Shown here: piece by piece, positions 13,913-28,403 of the stretch
Numbering within the stretch: position 1 is the stretch's first letter
Layout of the letters: every line of letters starts with the position of its first letter
Source of the DNA: Eledone cirrhosa
Taxonomy: Eukaryota
Assembly (NCBI GenBank): GCA_964016885.1
Contig: OZ024742.1
Location: 184,202,001-184,266,000 of the forward strand
Length of the DNA stretch: 64,000 nt
Direction of reading: 5' to 3'
The notes under the pieces: model-generated
Seen by the model: only the letters and a program-made list of their open reading frames with translations
What the model was told of the DNA's origin: nothing
Databases searched by the model: none
Position numbers and translations under genes: made by a program

Positions 13913-14233
13913 ATTATATATATATATTATATATATATATTATATATATATATTATATATATATATTATATATATATTATATATATATATTATATATATT
14001 ATATATATATATATTATATATATATATATTATATATATTATATATATATATATTATATATATTATATATATATATATTATATATATATATATTATATATA
14101 TATATATTATATATATTATATATATATATATATACCTGATGATTTCCTTCGAATGAAACAGTTCTAGTCCTGTAGAAGCCATTTCTCTATATACATACAT
14201 ACGTACGTACGTACGTACGTACGTACGTATGTA
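13588..14233. repeat. Long imperfect (TA)n microsatellite followed by a (TACG)n run
   Basis: Direct reading: roughly 550 bp of TA with TT/AA interruptions; acgtacgt run at ~14200-14228. Confidence 0.97.
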
Positions 14234-15185
14234 CATATATATAAAGAGGTTAACAGGACTAGCATAAGATTTCCCTTGCTAGTACCAGTTGCAACTCAGC
14301 ATACTCAATAGGTAAGGTTATGTACAAATTCCAGAGTAGACACACGGTTATTTGCCTCAATACAACACGTAAATGGATACCATAAATTTATACACATACT
14401 CGAGTTTCTGCCCCAATTAATGCAGTAAGAGAACGTATAGCACCCATTGTCTACATATATATAAATAAAAGGTATGTCAAGAACATAACTCCTAGTGTTT
14501 GTGCCACAATAAAATGTACTCAATACATTCTTTTATAAAAAGTGCATTAGGGAAGGGCATCTAGCTGCAGAAAGCATGCCAAAACCAGACTATGTGAGCG
14601 TAGCATAGTCTCCAGTTCGTCTGGGAGGTCAAAATCTCCAATTAATAAAAAAAATTATACACTGAATAATTACTTTTTTTTTTATTAAAGTATTTGAGTA
14701 TAGCAGAATCCTTAATACATCAGAAGTGCCTTACAGTATTCGTTCTGGCTTTTAGTTCAAATCTCGCTAAGATCAACATTGTCTATCAGTGATAAATAAA
14801 GTACCTCATTCTCTCCTCCTTCAGCTGTGTTCAAACCTGGAGAGGGATAGGCTTTGCCAGGTTCAAATTCACCAAGACAAGGTGTATGTATTGACAGCAC
14901 CTCTACAACTCCAGGTACATACATTTATTGAATGACTAAAAGGGAGAGTTTTTACAAGCAATAACTAATTTATATACTTTTTACCTTTCCTCATCACTAC
15001 GCCTTGCCTTTAAACAAACCCCCTCTTCCCATCCCTCATTACCCTACTGCCTATACAGATGCAGTAGCACCAACTTTGGGAAATCACTGCTATAAACAAA
15101 GTGATAATCTTACTAAGATACAGAGGGAGGACCTCTAAGTAATGTCAAGGAAATGACAGCCTCCCTGGTGTTTGACGACCTACAC

Positions 15186-15380
15186 CAGGCATGTCAAACA
15201 TGCAGCCCTTTACAAGCACAACTGCGGCCAGCACAAAGGTTTTTGCAGCACAAACACGTTTTATCTTCGTTATATAAAATTTTAAAAATTGTTGTAATGT
15301 GCGCAATTAGTTGTGTGGCCTTTAGACATCATATATGTGACCCATGTGGCCCTCGGAGGACCCTCAGTTTGACATGCCTG
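15186..15380. mobile_element. hAT-type MITE
   Basis: TIRs caggcatgtcaaac ... gtttgacatgcctg; flanking 8-mers acctacac / atctacat (6/8 match, decayed 8-bp TSD). Confidence 0.8.
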
Positions 15381-18300
15381 ATCTACATGATAAACACACC
15401 CAGTACATACTTATGTGGTTGGTGATAGGAAGGGCATCCAGCAAAACAAAGGGTTGGGAGGACTACTCAGTCATGTCAAAGACATGACAACCTCCCTAGT
15501 GTTGGTGATCTACACAAACGGACCCAGTACACTAAATTGGTTGATGATAGGAAGGGCATCCAGCCATAGAAATCTTGCCAAACAGAGGGTTGCAAGGACC
15601 CTCAGTTGTGTCAAAAACATTAACATCTCAGGTGCACTCGATGGAGCGTCAACCATACATAAGCAAGAAACAAATCCCTGGCCTGGCTGGAAGATCAGCA
15701 GCTTCGCTGCAATATTGACTTGGTCTATGTAGACCTGTTTAACCATTGCTAGCAGAAAAAAAGCAGATGTTAAAACGATGATACAGTGCTAACACTAAAT
15801 AGTAGCAAAACAGCATATAAAAGATAAAAGACCTGCAATAATTAACCCTTTTAATACCAAACTGTCAGAAACAACCCTTGGTTCTATGATACAGATAAAA
15901 AAGAAACTTTTATCATAATTCTATGTAAAAAAAAAAAAAAAAAAAAAAGGTTATGTTCCAAATTACTAAATCTCTCCAAACTCGATTAATTTCAAGATTA
16001 TTTGAAAATCAAAGGTAATGTCTTATTAAAAATAGGTTAACAAGAGGTTTATGAGAAACATTGATGCAGGCATGGCTGTGTGGTTAAGAAATTTGCTTCA
16101 CAACCACATAGTCTTGAGTTTCATTACATTATGCTGCACTGATTGCATTTATACTTCAGTGTAGTATTGGGTTAATCCATACCTTGGGAGTGTAATTTGG
16201 CAAATGGAAACTATTCAGAAGTCCATTTCTCAGGGTCACCTGACCCAACTTGCCTCAAATGGGACAACCCATCTAAACCATACTAGCATGGAAAAAAATG
16301 GACGTTAAACTGATGAATTTAAAATACACATACATATATACTTCAACATTTTTACATCCACTTTCTATGCTGGTACGAATTGGATGAAACAAAATGCAAA
16401 ATAATAGTTTAACCCTTTTATGGTCATATTTCTAATCAAATACACTGACTATCTTTTAATAATTTTTTTTATATTCAAGAATGTTGAGGAATTTAGTAAA
16501 ATAACTCAAACTGGTGGAAGGAACATAAATTGTTACATAAAACTATTTTAAAATACTTAGATTTTAAATATTTAAAAAATGAAATTCACAGCTCACATCT
16601 ATGCAGGTTTAGCTGGCCTCATACAAGGTATCACACAGGAGGTTTCTTGGGTATTTTAATGAGAGGTCCCAGGCCTATCATTAAAAACATGAAATGTTTT
16701 ACTAAAACAACACACTGCCCAATCCAGGAATCAAGCGAAGGATGTTTTACTCATGGGACCAACTCCCTAACCACAAGGCCACATCCCTTCACAGTTCAAA
16801 TTTAAATATAAAAACATTAAAAGTATGTGGTTTTGTATAAGAGAACACAGGGCAATCTCAGATGGGTTATTATCAAAAGGGGTAAACAGAATTTTGGTAT
16901 AAGTTGCTGCTGTAATGAAAAATAATTTTTTTTCTGGTAGGAAGTCTAGTACTACTAGCAACAATGTAAGAAAACCAATGACAAATAGTCAACAGATTTT
17001 AGAATCAATCATTTCAAATATTTAGAATTACACCAGAGTACAGTGGTATTCAAAGAAGATTAATCTATTCACAAATAGGTGTCTGTTGAACTTAGTTAAA
17101 TTCCTTTTAGACACAAAGCATTTAATTACATCTTAACAGTTTACTTGTCCAGCCAAGTTCCCAACTGCAAATAGCAAATCAGAATAATGATAGGCATGTA
17201 ATAGAATACCTGGCAATAACTTCCAGCAACTCCATTATCTAATACTTTCTTTACACAAAATTTATTCTAAAACAAAAAACTCATCTTATTGAAATGTTGT
17301 CAACTCAAAATAGAAGACAAAACATGACAAGCAGTTCCCCAGCACAAACTGTAGTTTTATATTATATATAAAGCTGTGAGGAATATATTTTAAGTAGTTG
17401 AATATCAAATATCCAAAAGTCTTCTGGCATAAAACCTAGAAATTTAAATACTAATTATTTACAAAATAAACAAGGACCTCAAAGAAAAAATAATTCAATT
17501 GTAAAGAAAGAAAATATTACATTCAATTCTCTCCTCTTTTCTCAACAATACAGTGATCAAAAACTCATTTTAGGGGAAGACATGGTTCCACAAGTCCAGT
17601 GAAGGCAACCTACCTAAGAGAACTGTAACTGAATAAAAGCTGATACAGTGTAGAGAGGGATACTAGAGTCCTGGCAGACAGTATAAAAAGTCCATCCAGG
17701 TCTGGTTGTACAGGAGTTGAGGATAAGGGCATCCCATCAGTAAAATTATGCCAAATTATTAAAGAAATATTTTTAGTAAATCCATCACCTGCACTATATA
17801 CACTTAGTTTTTTGGGGGTTTTTTATTAGTCAAATTTAGTAAATAGTGTCCCTTATTATTCAAAACTCTACATTGAAGAATTAGAGATAATAGCCAATGG
17901 ATAAAATATTAAATTTGAGTGTTTTCATAGGTTGTTAGTAGTCATCAGGGTGCAACTTCCATAGAGATACAGTTCTAGTAAGACAGGTGAGTTTAACATT
18001 CAGTCAGAGATAAGATAATTGGTATGTATTTGTTTCTATTTGGTCTAAAGAAAAGGGTTGTGCCTATGCTCTTTCACAGACACTTCAAAACTGATAAGAC
18101 CAACATAACCGATGTTCCTCTTAAAGAGTTGCAAGTCAACATCTGCAAGGAAAAACCTGAGGAAATTCTGAAGAACAAGGACTAACTGTGCACAGTGGTT
18201 TGTGCTGGGCCTTTAGGTGAATATAATATAGGCAATGAGGATGGAGCTTGTTGGTAACAAAGTGTGTTTAGATGAGGGCAATCAACAAATTAACTCTTTC

Positions 18301-21300
18301 ATTGCATATTTCTAAGTCTGATTTTCAATTAATTTTGAAGGATTTTGTGAATAATGCATTTTGTTTTCTTTAAGTTGGTGTGAAACAAGAACATTTTCTT
18401 GTGTAAGATTTTGATGGAAAGTTTAAATTCATATATGGACACTTTAAAATAAATAGCTTTGAATAATAGAACTCAGGGTGGTTTCAGGCAGTTTGCTATC
18501 AGAAAAATAGGGACAGTAACTGTAAATAAGACTACTTGAGAGTGAAAAATAGCCAGAGTTGTTGAAGGCTAATGGCTTTTTCTAAACACACACACAACAC
18601 AAACAACACATGAACAACTAAAGGTAAACAGAATCAGCAACTGTTGAAGGCTAAAAGTGTTTTCTAGTTTTAAAGAATAAAACATGCTTTAGTAATGTAG
18701 TTTTGGTCATGTGAGGTGTTTACATGAAAGGACAACAGGTATTGTAAAATTTGACATTTGTTGGGTATATGGTGGGGTTTTGCCATGTTGGTAATTAGAG
18801 GAGATAATTAAACATACCAACATAATCAAACATACCAACTAACTCTTTTGTGATTATATATTTAGAAAAAAAGAATACACTGTCCATGTTTCAATTAAAT
18901 TAAAACAATGAACAATTTAGAGGAATTTAGAAAACTAAGTTACATTAATTGGTATATCAAACTGGTGTTTGTGACATAGTAGGTTCCTAGAGAAAATTAT
19001 GAAGAATTTAAATATGAACACTTTCAAACAGGCATTTCAGTATTAAAGAATCAGAGAGGTTCTTGGGCATCTTGGAATCAAGAGGATTAAACAGCTCTTA
19101 CCTGACTATCCCACTTATCTAAAGTTACCTGACTATCCCACTTATCTAAAGTTAGCTTCTAATTTGAGTGGGAGAAAAACTTACTAAACCATTAATAGTC
19201 ATACTACCATGCCATTTTTCACCGTTAATGAGAAGAGAATTGTTACAAAATGCTTGACAGTATTTGTTCTGGCTTCTAAGTTCAACTTTGTTTTCTATTC
19301 TTTTAGGATCAATAAAATAAAGTACCAGGCCAAAGTGGTGAACTGGCAGAATGTTTAGAGCGTCGCACAAGATAATTTGTCTTATTTATTCCAGCTCTTT
19401 GCATTCCAATTTCAAATCCCACTGCAGCAAGCTTGGGTGGTAGACTCAATCTGTCACCCAGTTTATCACCACCACCTAGTCAATGGGTGCCTGGAATCTA
19501 TTTCGTTGTATGCATATGGGCCAGGACTCTGGTTTGAAGATACTTTCCTCCCTACCACCAGTCTAAGAATTCTTAAAAAAGGTCATGAACTGTCCATCTC
19601 TCCCTGACTAAGCAGTCAAAAGAAATTTTTAAGAGTCTTAGAAGTTGGAATCTCAGGCTTTTCATTCTCCTGGGCATAGCTACCTTTCAGGCAAGCCTCT
19701 TGTTGCTTACTTGTTTAAACTCCTAAACCCATTTCATTTATCACTTTACCCACTATTGTAGTGTAGACTGATCCACCTTCATGGTGTTTATTGTCAATCT
19801 TGGAATCACTTCCCTAGAACTGGTCAGCGGAAGGTAATATCTTTATTTTATCAATACCTAACAGTTCAACATTCACAGCTCTGAGGATTTGTAAGTTGTG
19901 AACACACATTTTACATCACTTCAATTTCCTTAATAGATAGGATAGACGTGGGTTCTGCAAACCGCAGTGAAGGCAACCTATCTAAGAGAGCAGTGACTGA
20001 ATAGATACTGCTCTCCTATATGGGCTGTCCTTCATGCAGGTGACTCCACAAAAACTGCATGGAAGAGACATGAACTCGCTAAGTTGTAGTATAAGTAACC
20101 CGAGTAAAAACAGGACTTTTATAGAGCCATTTCATGTCGTAATTGATTTACAAGGCTAGTACTGCTGGCATTATAGAATACATTCAACCAGTAAAACTAT
20201 GGCTAAATTATGATTGTCAAGTTCATCCAACCCATGCTGGCATGGGGAAAAATGTAAAGGTGATGAAGATGATAATGCTTTGGCTTAGTGTATAGAGAAT
20301 ATACAAACCTGAAAGTTAAATGCATTGATTTCCAATACTAGCATATGTGTGGGTGGTAGGTATGATGAAAGAAGTTTTATTAAAAAAAGAAGAAAAAAAA
20401 AACAGGAAAAGTAAATTACAAATATTTTTAAAATAGGTTTTGAGTGTACTCCAGATGAATACCACAACAGATATAGCATTGGGAAGCTACTCTAAAATTA
20501 GTGAAGCTGAGGTAGCTATAGTCAACTTGAACTCTAGCAGGTCAAATTTTGATGGAAAATATGGGAAGGGGGTGATAGTTCCAAAGGATGCCAAAAGAGA
20601 AAGAGTGACTGCTTCACACAATGTAGGTGGGATTGGGGAAAGCCACCACATCTGTCAGGTAGGGCAGGGAGGGAGTGGCAACTTCAGAAAGGCAAAGGTC
20701 ACACAGTAGGATAGTGATATAGTATGTTTAATGAGTATCAGGTTGACTATAGTTGGATAGCATTTGGCTTAAATCAGTAGGCAAAAGCTTCCCTATTCCA
20801 CATATATAAAAAAAACTAATATGGAATGCACTTGTAATGGGTTAGAAAAAAGTATTTTCCAACTTTGAAGAGGAAGCCTTACCATTGGAACTTACAACTG
20901 CAATTTGTGTTTGAAATTAGTTGCCATTGAAGGAAGGAAAATTAGAGTATGAAAAGTTTTAGTGTGTTTTCTAATTCATACCACCTCAACCCTATCTTCC
21001 TTGAACCATCTTGAAATATTAAGTTCACACTAACTTAGTTCTCATACTTTTATTACCCAAATACTAAGTAGTAGGGTTTGGACATTTTATTGAGCAGATA
21101 AGTTTATTTTTGAACAGCTGAATGTCTTTCTAACTAAACTACCCTCTCTCAGAACAGCATATAAATTTATACCACATTTTAGAATATGGTACCTTCCAAA
21201 ATAGATTGTTTTATACTTTGGTACAGTGACATGGCCTTTATGGAGGAATAAACAAGACAGGCCAATTAAGTACAAACATCAAGAGAAGAAAGCTACACAG

Positions 21301-23957
21301 AGAAAGGCAATGAGCAAAAACAGAGGGTAGGTAGCTATACACTTGTATCAATGGAACAGCCAGCTCATGAAATTAATGTACAAGTGGCTGAGTATTCCAT
21401 AGACACAGCCATAACATAATTCAGAGATTCAGTATAGCACAGTTAGCCCATTAAATTACAGGCTTCCAAATAATTTCTGTCTACCCAATTTCATTCACAA
21501 CACATGGATCGACCCGAGGCTTTGGTGAGTGACATTTGCCCAAGATATAATGCAGTAGGATCAAACCCAAGACCTTATGATTGCAAAGCGAACTCCTTAA
21601 CCATTCAGCCATGCTACTTCCACATAGAAAAGGTGAGAGAATAAGACAGGCTAATTAAAAGAAAACTAATGAAGGATGTAAAAAGAGAGAAAGAGATGAA
21701 TAAATCAGGCTGTGTGACATGAAAAATGTAGTGCACAGTATGATGTGTAAAACAGAAGTAAATGTTTGGTCATTGTAGATATATATCAGTTCCTTGGATT
21801 GAGACATAATGCAAGGATATACATGGTGTTAAATACCATTACAGACAATGAATAAATAAGTAAAAGATTGCAAAGACAGTCATGTAAATAGATAGGACAA
21901 TGAAATAAATGAAAATAGCAGTAATGGGTTTCTAAATATTAACAGAACAAATAACTCAAACTTTGAAAATCATCATCATTTAATGACTACTGCCCATGCT
22001 GGCATGGGTTGAATAGGCTGTCAGTTCAGGACTGACTGGGTCATGACAATTGGACATTTTTTTGCATATATTCATGTTTAAGTTGCATGAGTTGTGTGTT
22101 AGGACCATGAAACAACAACAAACTTAAACATACTGATTAAATTTTATTATTAACCCACTTTCCATTTTTAAAATCTTAAGTAAATATTTTACATTTCAAT
22201 TACAATACATTTTGAATTTAAAGTTAGTTGGTCCAGTAGATAAGTTGTATGCTGGTTTTTCACACATTCTGGGTAGTGGAAAAGGTGTGACTTATACATA
22301 TGTACAAACAGACCATCAACTGACAAAAAAGAAAAGCCCCTCTGACAAAAATAAAATATAGTTGCATCATCACAGCAGTCCACACAAATACTATTGTAGC
22401 TCTCAATTGAGACAGGTTATACTTGAAATGAAAAAAGAAAAATGAAATTTACAGTTCACACATATGTAGGTTTAGCTGGCCCCTACAAGGTTACATGAGT
22501 TTTCCAGATGTTTTAATGAGAGGGACCCAATCATATATTGAAAAACAATGTGAAATAAAGCATCTTGCACTAGAACACAAACTACTGCCTAGGAATTGAA
22601 CTCATAGCCTTATAGTCATGATTCCACCACTTAACCACATGCCTTTGCAGGTTACATTAAAGCTATCCTTCATCATCATCGTTTATCTTCCACGCTAGCA
22701 TGGGTTAGACTGAAAAGGAAACAAATACGCCTCAAAGACTTAATTATACCAGCATAATGGAAGTTCAATCTCCTCATCAGCAGAGATTAGCATGAACTTT
22801 CAAACTAAAATATCCAAATTATGCCATTATATGCTCACATGTTCACTTTGAAAGGTTACAGTAAAGAATGGTTGGTATATAGATTCAATTTCAAAGATTG
22901 AATTTAATTGTTCTAGCCTTAAATTTAACTTTTAACATATTGCTAACGAAAAATACTGCTTTATAATTTTCAAGTAATTTTGAAAATAATCAAGAATTTG
23001 TATAACTTTTTAAGTATTAAGCTGATGTTTAGGACAAAGGTTCTTACATAAAATTATAAGTTTTTAGATAAATATAATCATCTTAAAATAGTTTTGTAAA
23101 GTATGTACAAGGATAGTTTCAGGTTTAGATCAAGAGTTAAAATACATTGTTTGCATTGATAATCCACAAACACTAAGATAAAACTGCAAATATTTACAAC
23201 TTTATAGACTGATAAGATTAATTAAAAGTCTAAAATTCAGGACAACAATTAAATGTCAAACTAAACGTTAATCACATTTTTAAATGATTAAACTTCAAAA
23301 ATCAAGGTAGCCAAAACAATGACATTTAAACTTTGGTTTATTACAATTTAAGCCTGCTGTTGCTATATTTCTAATGAAATGCACAGCCTGCTTCAATTTA
23401 TTTTGAAAATAAGGAAGAATTTGTAGGAATTGTGTAAAATAGCTTTTCAAACTTAAGCTCATTGGAACATAATTTAAAAGTTCTAACATAAAATTATGAT
23501 GGAAGGCTTTAATTTAAATGTGAACAATTTTGTATTGTAGAATCAGAGAGTTTGATATCAAAATTGTTGACAATGCTACTGATTTTTATTTTCTATTCCA
23601 GTTATGTTAATAGAAATATGTGCTAGAAAGAACATACAGCTATACATGCCCCCAACTACAAATTGAAGTCAGAAGCTATTTTCCAGCTAAGCAGACTGAT
23701 GCAAACTACAATCTGTTAAAAATGTTCATTTGTGGAAGAAGAGTAGTGACCATAGTTCCTTTTAACCACCGTTTCCATATTTCTAATTAAAAACACTAAA
23801 TTGGAACATCAAGTATGATGGAAGGTTTTTAGCTAAGCATTAAACACTTTAAACAGTTTTGTATCTGGGGAAATTTTAAGAGTTAAGACCTCTACTGCAT
23901 CACTAGAATAACAATGAAGCTAACTTAAAACCCTATAATAATTTAGCAAAAATATCT

Positions 23958-23993
<36 letters not shown>

Positions 23994-25439
23994 TTGAGCC
24001 AGTTGGCATAAGCCTAAGATTGGGAGGAACCTCAAGCTCTAATTGTTTTGTGCTGATCCCTTCTCAATACATCATGTAACCCAAGCATAAATCACATGTA
24101 TTTGGCACTGATTACTAAAATACATAACATGTTCATTACCATATTTCTAATGAAATACACTGGCCATTAATTTTGAAATAAAAAAATTTCAGGATTTAGT
24201 AAAATAATTTTTTCATTTATATCATATCATGGTACTTGGAAACTAAGAGTTTCATACATAAAATTATGAACATGAAAACTTTGAATTTGGATTTGAATCA
24301 AAGACCTAGGGGCAATTCAATGCAAGTTGGTGTCAAATGGCTTAATGAGCAATTTGATATGGAGCAAGACCTGGAACTATCACCAATTTTAGGCTCTAGT
24401 AATTTATATCTGGCCTAGGCCTATTACCAGTTTTAAACATCTTTACGAAAGATCTTTAGTGCAACATATTTGATAGCTATAACAAATAACTGTTTCTACT
24501 TTTGGCACAAGGCCAGCAATTATCCCATTACTGGTACTTTATTTTATCGACCCCGTAAGGATGAAAGGCAAAGTTAATCTCAGCAGGATTTGAACTCAGA
24601 CCATAAAGAGGCATAACTATGCTGCAAAGCATGGTATCCGACCCTGCTTTTCAGCATAGTTATGCCCCAAGAGCAGCAAAATATCAAAGTTTATGATGTT
24701 TTCCATTGACCTGTAAATGCCTAATATTTTACAGGTATTTATTTCTTAACAGCAATAGGATGGGAAGCAAAGTTGATCCTAGTAGCAATACACACTTTTG
24801 TGAAGTTCTCGGGGTTTATTAAAATGATTATATTATTGAGAACAGGGTTGATAAAATAAGTCAAGTACTGGGATTGATTTAAACGACTTCCTCCAACCCC
24901 CCACCAATTTGCACATGAAGTAAAAATTATTAAGGTGTATTTGTAACATAACAAAAAGTTCTTGTATGAAATTATGTAGGAAGATTTTAATTTAAATTAG
25001 GAACACTTTAGAATTGGTATGTAACCTCAACATTAAAGGGGATGGGATACCGTCAACATGAACAATGAAAAAGGGTAAAAACAGTCCCAATGTAGTTCAA
25101 AATTAGAAAGATGACATTAAATAATTCTAAAACAGTAGTGTGCTGTTTAAAATCACTCATCTTTCACCAATATAAAATATTTTGATATGTTGGAAACAAT
25201 GGCAATTCCTAGATACTATTCAAATAAAACAAAATAGAAAAAAAAAAACTGACAGTTTCTAAATTGTTGTTGTACAACTTGGCAGCCAGTTGAAATATTT
25301 TCAGTTAGTTATAACTGAAGTTGCATAGATATATTTAACTAGTTTCATAAACTACAGATATTGGAATTTATAAATCTTACACGTGGAAGATATGCCTAGC
25401 ATTGTTACACAATACAATGCACACACACGCACGAATATT

Positions 25440-25507
25440 AAGATTTCTTCAAGAACAAGATTTCTTCAAGAACAAGATTTCTTCAAGAACAAGATTTCTT
25501 CAAGAAC
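25440..25507. repeat. Perfect tandem repeat, 17-bp unit aagatttcttcaagaac x4
   Basis: Direct reading. Confidence 0.95.
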
Positions 25508-27758
25508 AAACATAAAAATTCTAGAAACATAATATATCAGTCAGCAAGAAGAAAACATTTGCAACAAGAATTTTGTAGCTCAGCTGCTTAAAATAGCAAG
25601 ATATGTTTGCATATATATATTACACAAAATTTAACCCTATTCATCATTAGTGCTAGGTTACACCAGGTAGTATATTAACTCATCCTATTACAATTTATAG
25701 ATTATAAACACAAATAACCAAATCCTCACAGTAGCTGGATAATATTCAGTAACCAAAAAGTTTTATTATTCTTATGACACTTGTGTCAAGAAAGTCATTT
25801 TTAACATCAAGATCTAAAAATTATTTCTTACATACAAGCAACCAGACTTGGAGAAGCTCTAACACAGCAGTCTCCAGTTGATGGGATTACCCGAGATGCC
25901 GATTAAAAACTTTGGTAAAAACCTGACATTTGAATAAGAAATGAAAATAAATAAAACAAAATATATTAATATACAACTTGCTTATACAGATTTCTGATTT
26001 ATATTATAGTCTTTGACTATTTTATTTTGACTGTTTACTGGTTTATTTACTTATTTTTGTACATGTTTGGGGGGGGGGGGGAGTCGATAACGGATCAAAA
26101 ATTCCATTGGAGGGATTAAAGGCTTAATAAGTTTAGAGAGCCCTACCCCACCAAGCTATATAAAACTCAGGCCCTCCTGTTAAAATTATCCAAGGGCTCA
26201 CAAAAATTAAAAACATGCCTTTTAAATAATTTCGGGGTCTGTAGATTCTGAAGCCATAAGCTGTAGCATGGTTTATAGCTTACGTCTAAACCCGACACTG
26301 CTAGTCTACTAAACCAAACCTCGAGAGAAGGGAGAATAAAAAGCGAAATGAAGTTTTGTTACCGGGTGCAGTGCCAATTCCCTCGACCCAAAACTAGGAT
26401 ACTTATTAACATTAAAACTTCTAACTAAATAGATAGAAGTGATACCATGTAAAACAATTTAAACATATGCAAGCAATGTTCACAGGAAATGACATTTGAG
26501 AACGCAATTTAGAAAGACACAATCACATCCCACGCAATAAACGAGGAGACACTAACCAAGAATCGATTAAATTTAAAGAAATATAAAAATATAGTCAGGT
26601 ATTTACGTATATTAGAATACGAATTTAACTACAGCCTTGTAAATCAACTACGACGTGAAAAAAAAAGCCCTGGCTGGGTATATCTCAGGTCACGGTAATA
26701 ACCTCGTTACACGTTTTGATTGATGTACACGTTTTAAAACATTTTACATGAAAATTGATTATTCGACGTTTATAAAAAGTTACAAGTCATTACTAATTCA
26801 GTAAATCAAAGTTTCAAAGACCTGCACCTTATTGCGTGACGAGATAGATTTAAATTTTGAAAAAACGACGAGGAAAGGTGAACTTTTATCTCCTTTTATT
26901 TTCTTACGGGAAAATACTCAATATCAAAAAGAGAAGTATTCACACACACGCATATATATATATATATATACACACACTTTCATTTCGCATTGTCGTGGCT
27001 TTCAAACGTCTAATTCTTTATACCATACACAATATTTCAAGTAAACTACAAATTCTTCCTATATACTATCAGGTTTTGTTTTTTTTGTTTTCTGGTCTCA
27101 CTCATTGGACTGCGGTCATACTGGGACACCGCCTTCAACGATCCTATTATTATTTCAGTCTGGTACTTCATCGATCTGTCAAACCGCTAGATTAAGGAAC
27201 ATAAATAGACGCAACATAACATTTTTTTAGACCAGTGTAAACAAAAACGGACAGGCGCACACACACGGACGGCGGGCGTCTGTAGTTTCGTCTAAATTCC
27301 ATTTACAAGCTATAGTAGAAATCACGCTCAGTGACATGTAGCAGGATTGAACCCACAACCATGTGCCTGGGAAGCGAAATTTTTAACCATACAGCCCATG
27401 CCTGCGCCTTTCTGTGTAATTTTTAAAACGTTAAATTTTTTAAAGTTTATTTAATGACATGTAGCCACAACAAAAATTAAGAGTTACGATACAAGACAGG
27501 GTTCATAATTCTAAAAAAATGTTAATAGAAAAAAATACAACTACATCACACAAGCGAGAAATCTTATCAAAAACATGATGCAAAGAAGTTCAACAGAAGT
27601 GAGAAAAAAATGGTGATGTAGAAGTTGCTGGGACAAATAAGAAGAAATGAAATATTGAATCGCTTACGGTAAAATGATAACATATGAACAATTTATATCA
27701 TCCTCAAAGGTTTTTCAAATGTAATAGTAACTAAAATATTGAGTGAAGAGAGACCTAC

Positions 27759-27771
27759 CTCCTTCTGCCAT
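27759..27771 (-). CDS. GYG1: Probable glycogenin first coding exon (MAEG+G), separated from exon 2 by an intron of about 15.5 kb
   Basis: gttgaacATGGCAGAAGGAG|gtaggt: strong Kozak context (A at -3, G at +4), good donor, and phase 1 as required by exon 2 (gives MAEGGKEAFVTL). Lies in a locally CpG-richer zone. Confidence 0.72.
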
Positions 27772-28252
27772 GTTCAACTGAGTCCTCAAGGCAACAACAG
27801 CAGCAGTAGACACCCGACCTTGACCAGAAGGGCAAACAACGTAGAAATACGTAACTTCCTATCATGTGATGAGACAAGTAGCAAACAAGCTCCAAGAGAA
27901 AACTACGGAAGACAAAATGCGATATAATGTTTAAATGCAACAGCGCTTAGCAAATGATCTATTGCAGACATTTCTTTGAAAAAAAAAAAAATGCAAATGT
28001 AAATTTAAATGTAAAATCGTATATATATAAATGTGAATGCCTTATATTATAATTACACATTTTAAAGGTAATTTCACGTGAAAATATATAATCAAAACGA
28101 AAGAAAATATTAAATCAACACTAAGTGTGTCAATCACATAAATACTTTTTTTAGGCAAGACAACACACTGGCAGTGATATATCGCGGATGATAGCGAGGC
28201 AAGGCGCTGGAACAACCAAGCACACTCGCGGGCATTATCTGATACCTCGATA

Positions 28253-28390
28253 GGTTACGTCCCTTTACGATCTGAGTTCAAATCCCGCCGAGGTTGACTT
28301 TGCCTTTCATCCTTACGGGGTCGATAAAATAAAGTACCAGTAATGCACTGGGTAATTGCTGGCCTTGTGCCTAAAGTAGAAACAATTATC
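28253..28390 (+). mobile_element. 5'-truncated tRNA-derived SINE (family A) inserted into the 3' end of a CRE-type fragment
   Basis: B box gagttcaaatcc, core gcctttcatccttacggggtcgataaaataaagtaccag; flanked by the direct repeat attatctgatacctcgata (28234-28252 and 28385-28403). Confidence 0.9.
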
Positions 28391-28403
28391 TGATACCTCG
28401 ATA

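Noticed and set aside
13940-14236. IY-rich ORFs (also 40789-41232 and 61913-62435)
   Set aside because: Translations of (TA)n, (CA)n and (TG)n microsatellites, not proteins.
26361-26410. Alternative glycogenin first exon (ATG TTA ATA...ACC CG|gtaac, minus strand)
   Set aside because: Ends in phase 2, incompatible with phase-1 exon 2; weak donor.
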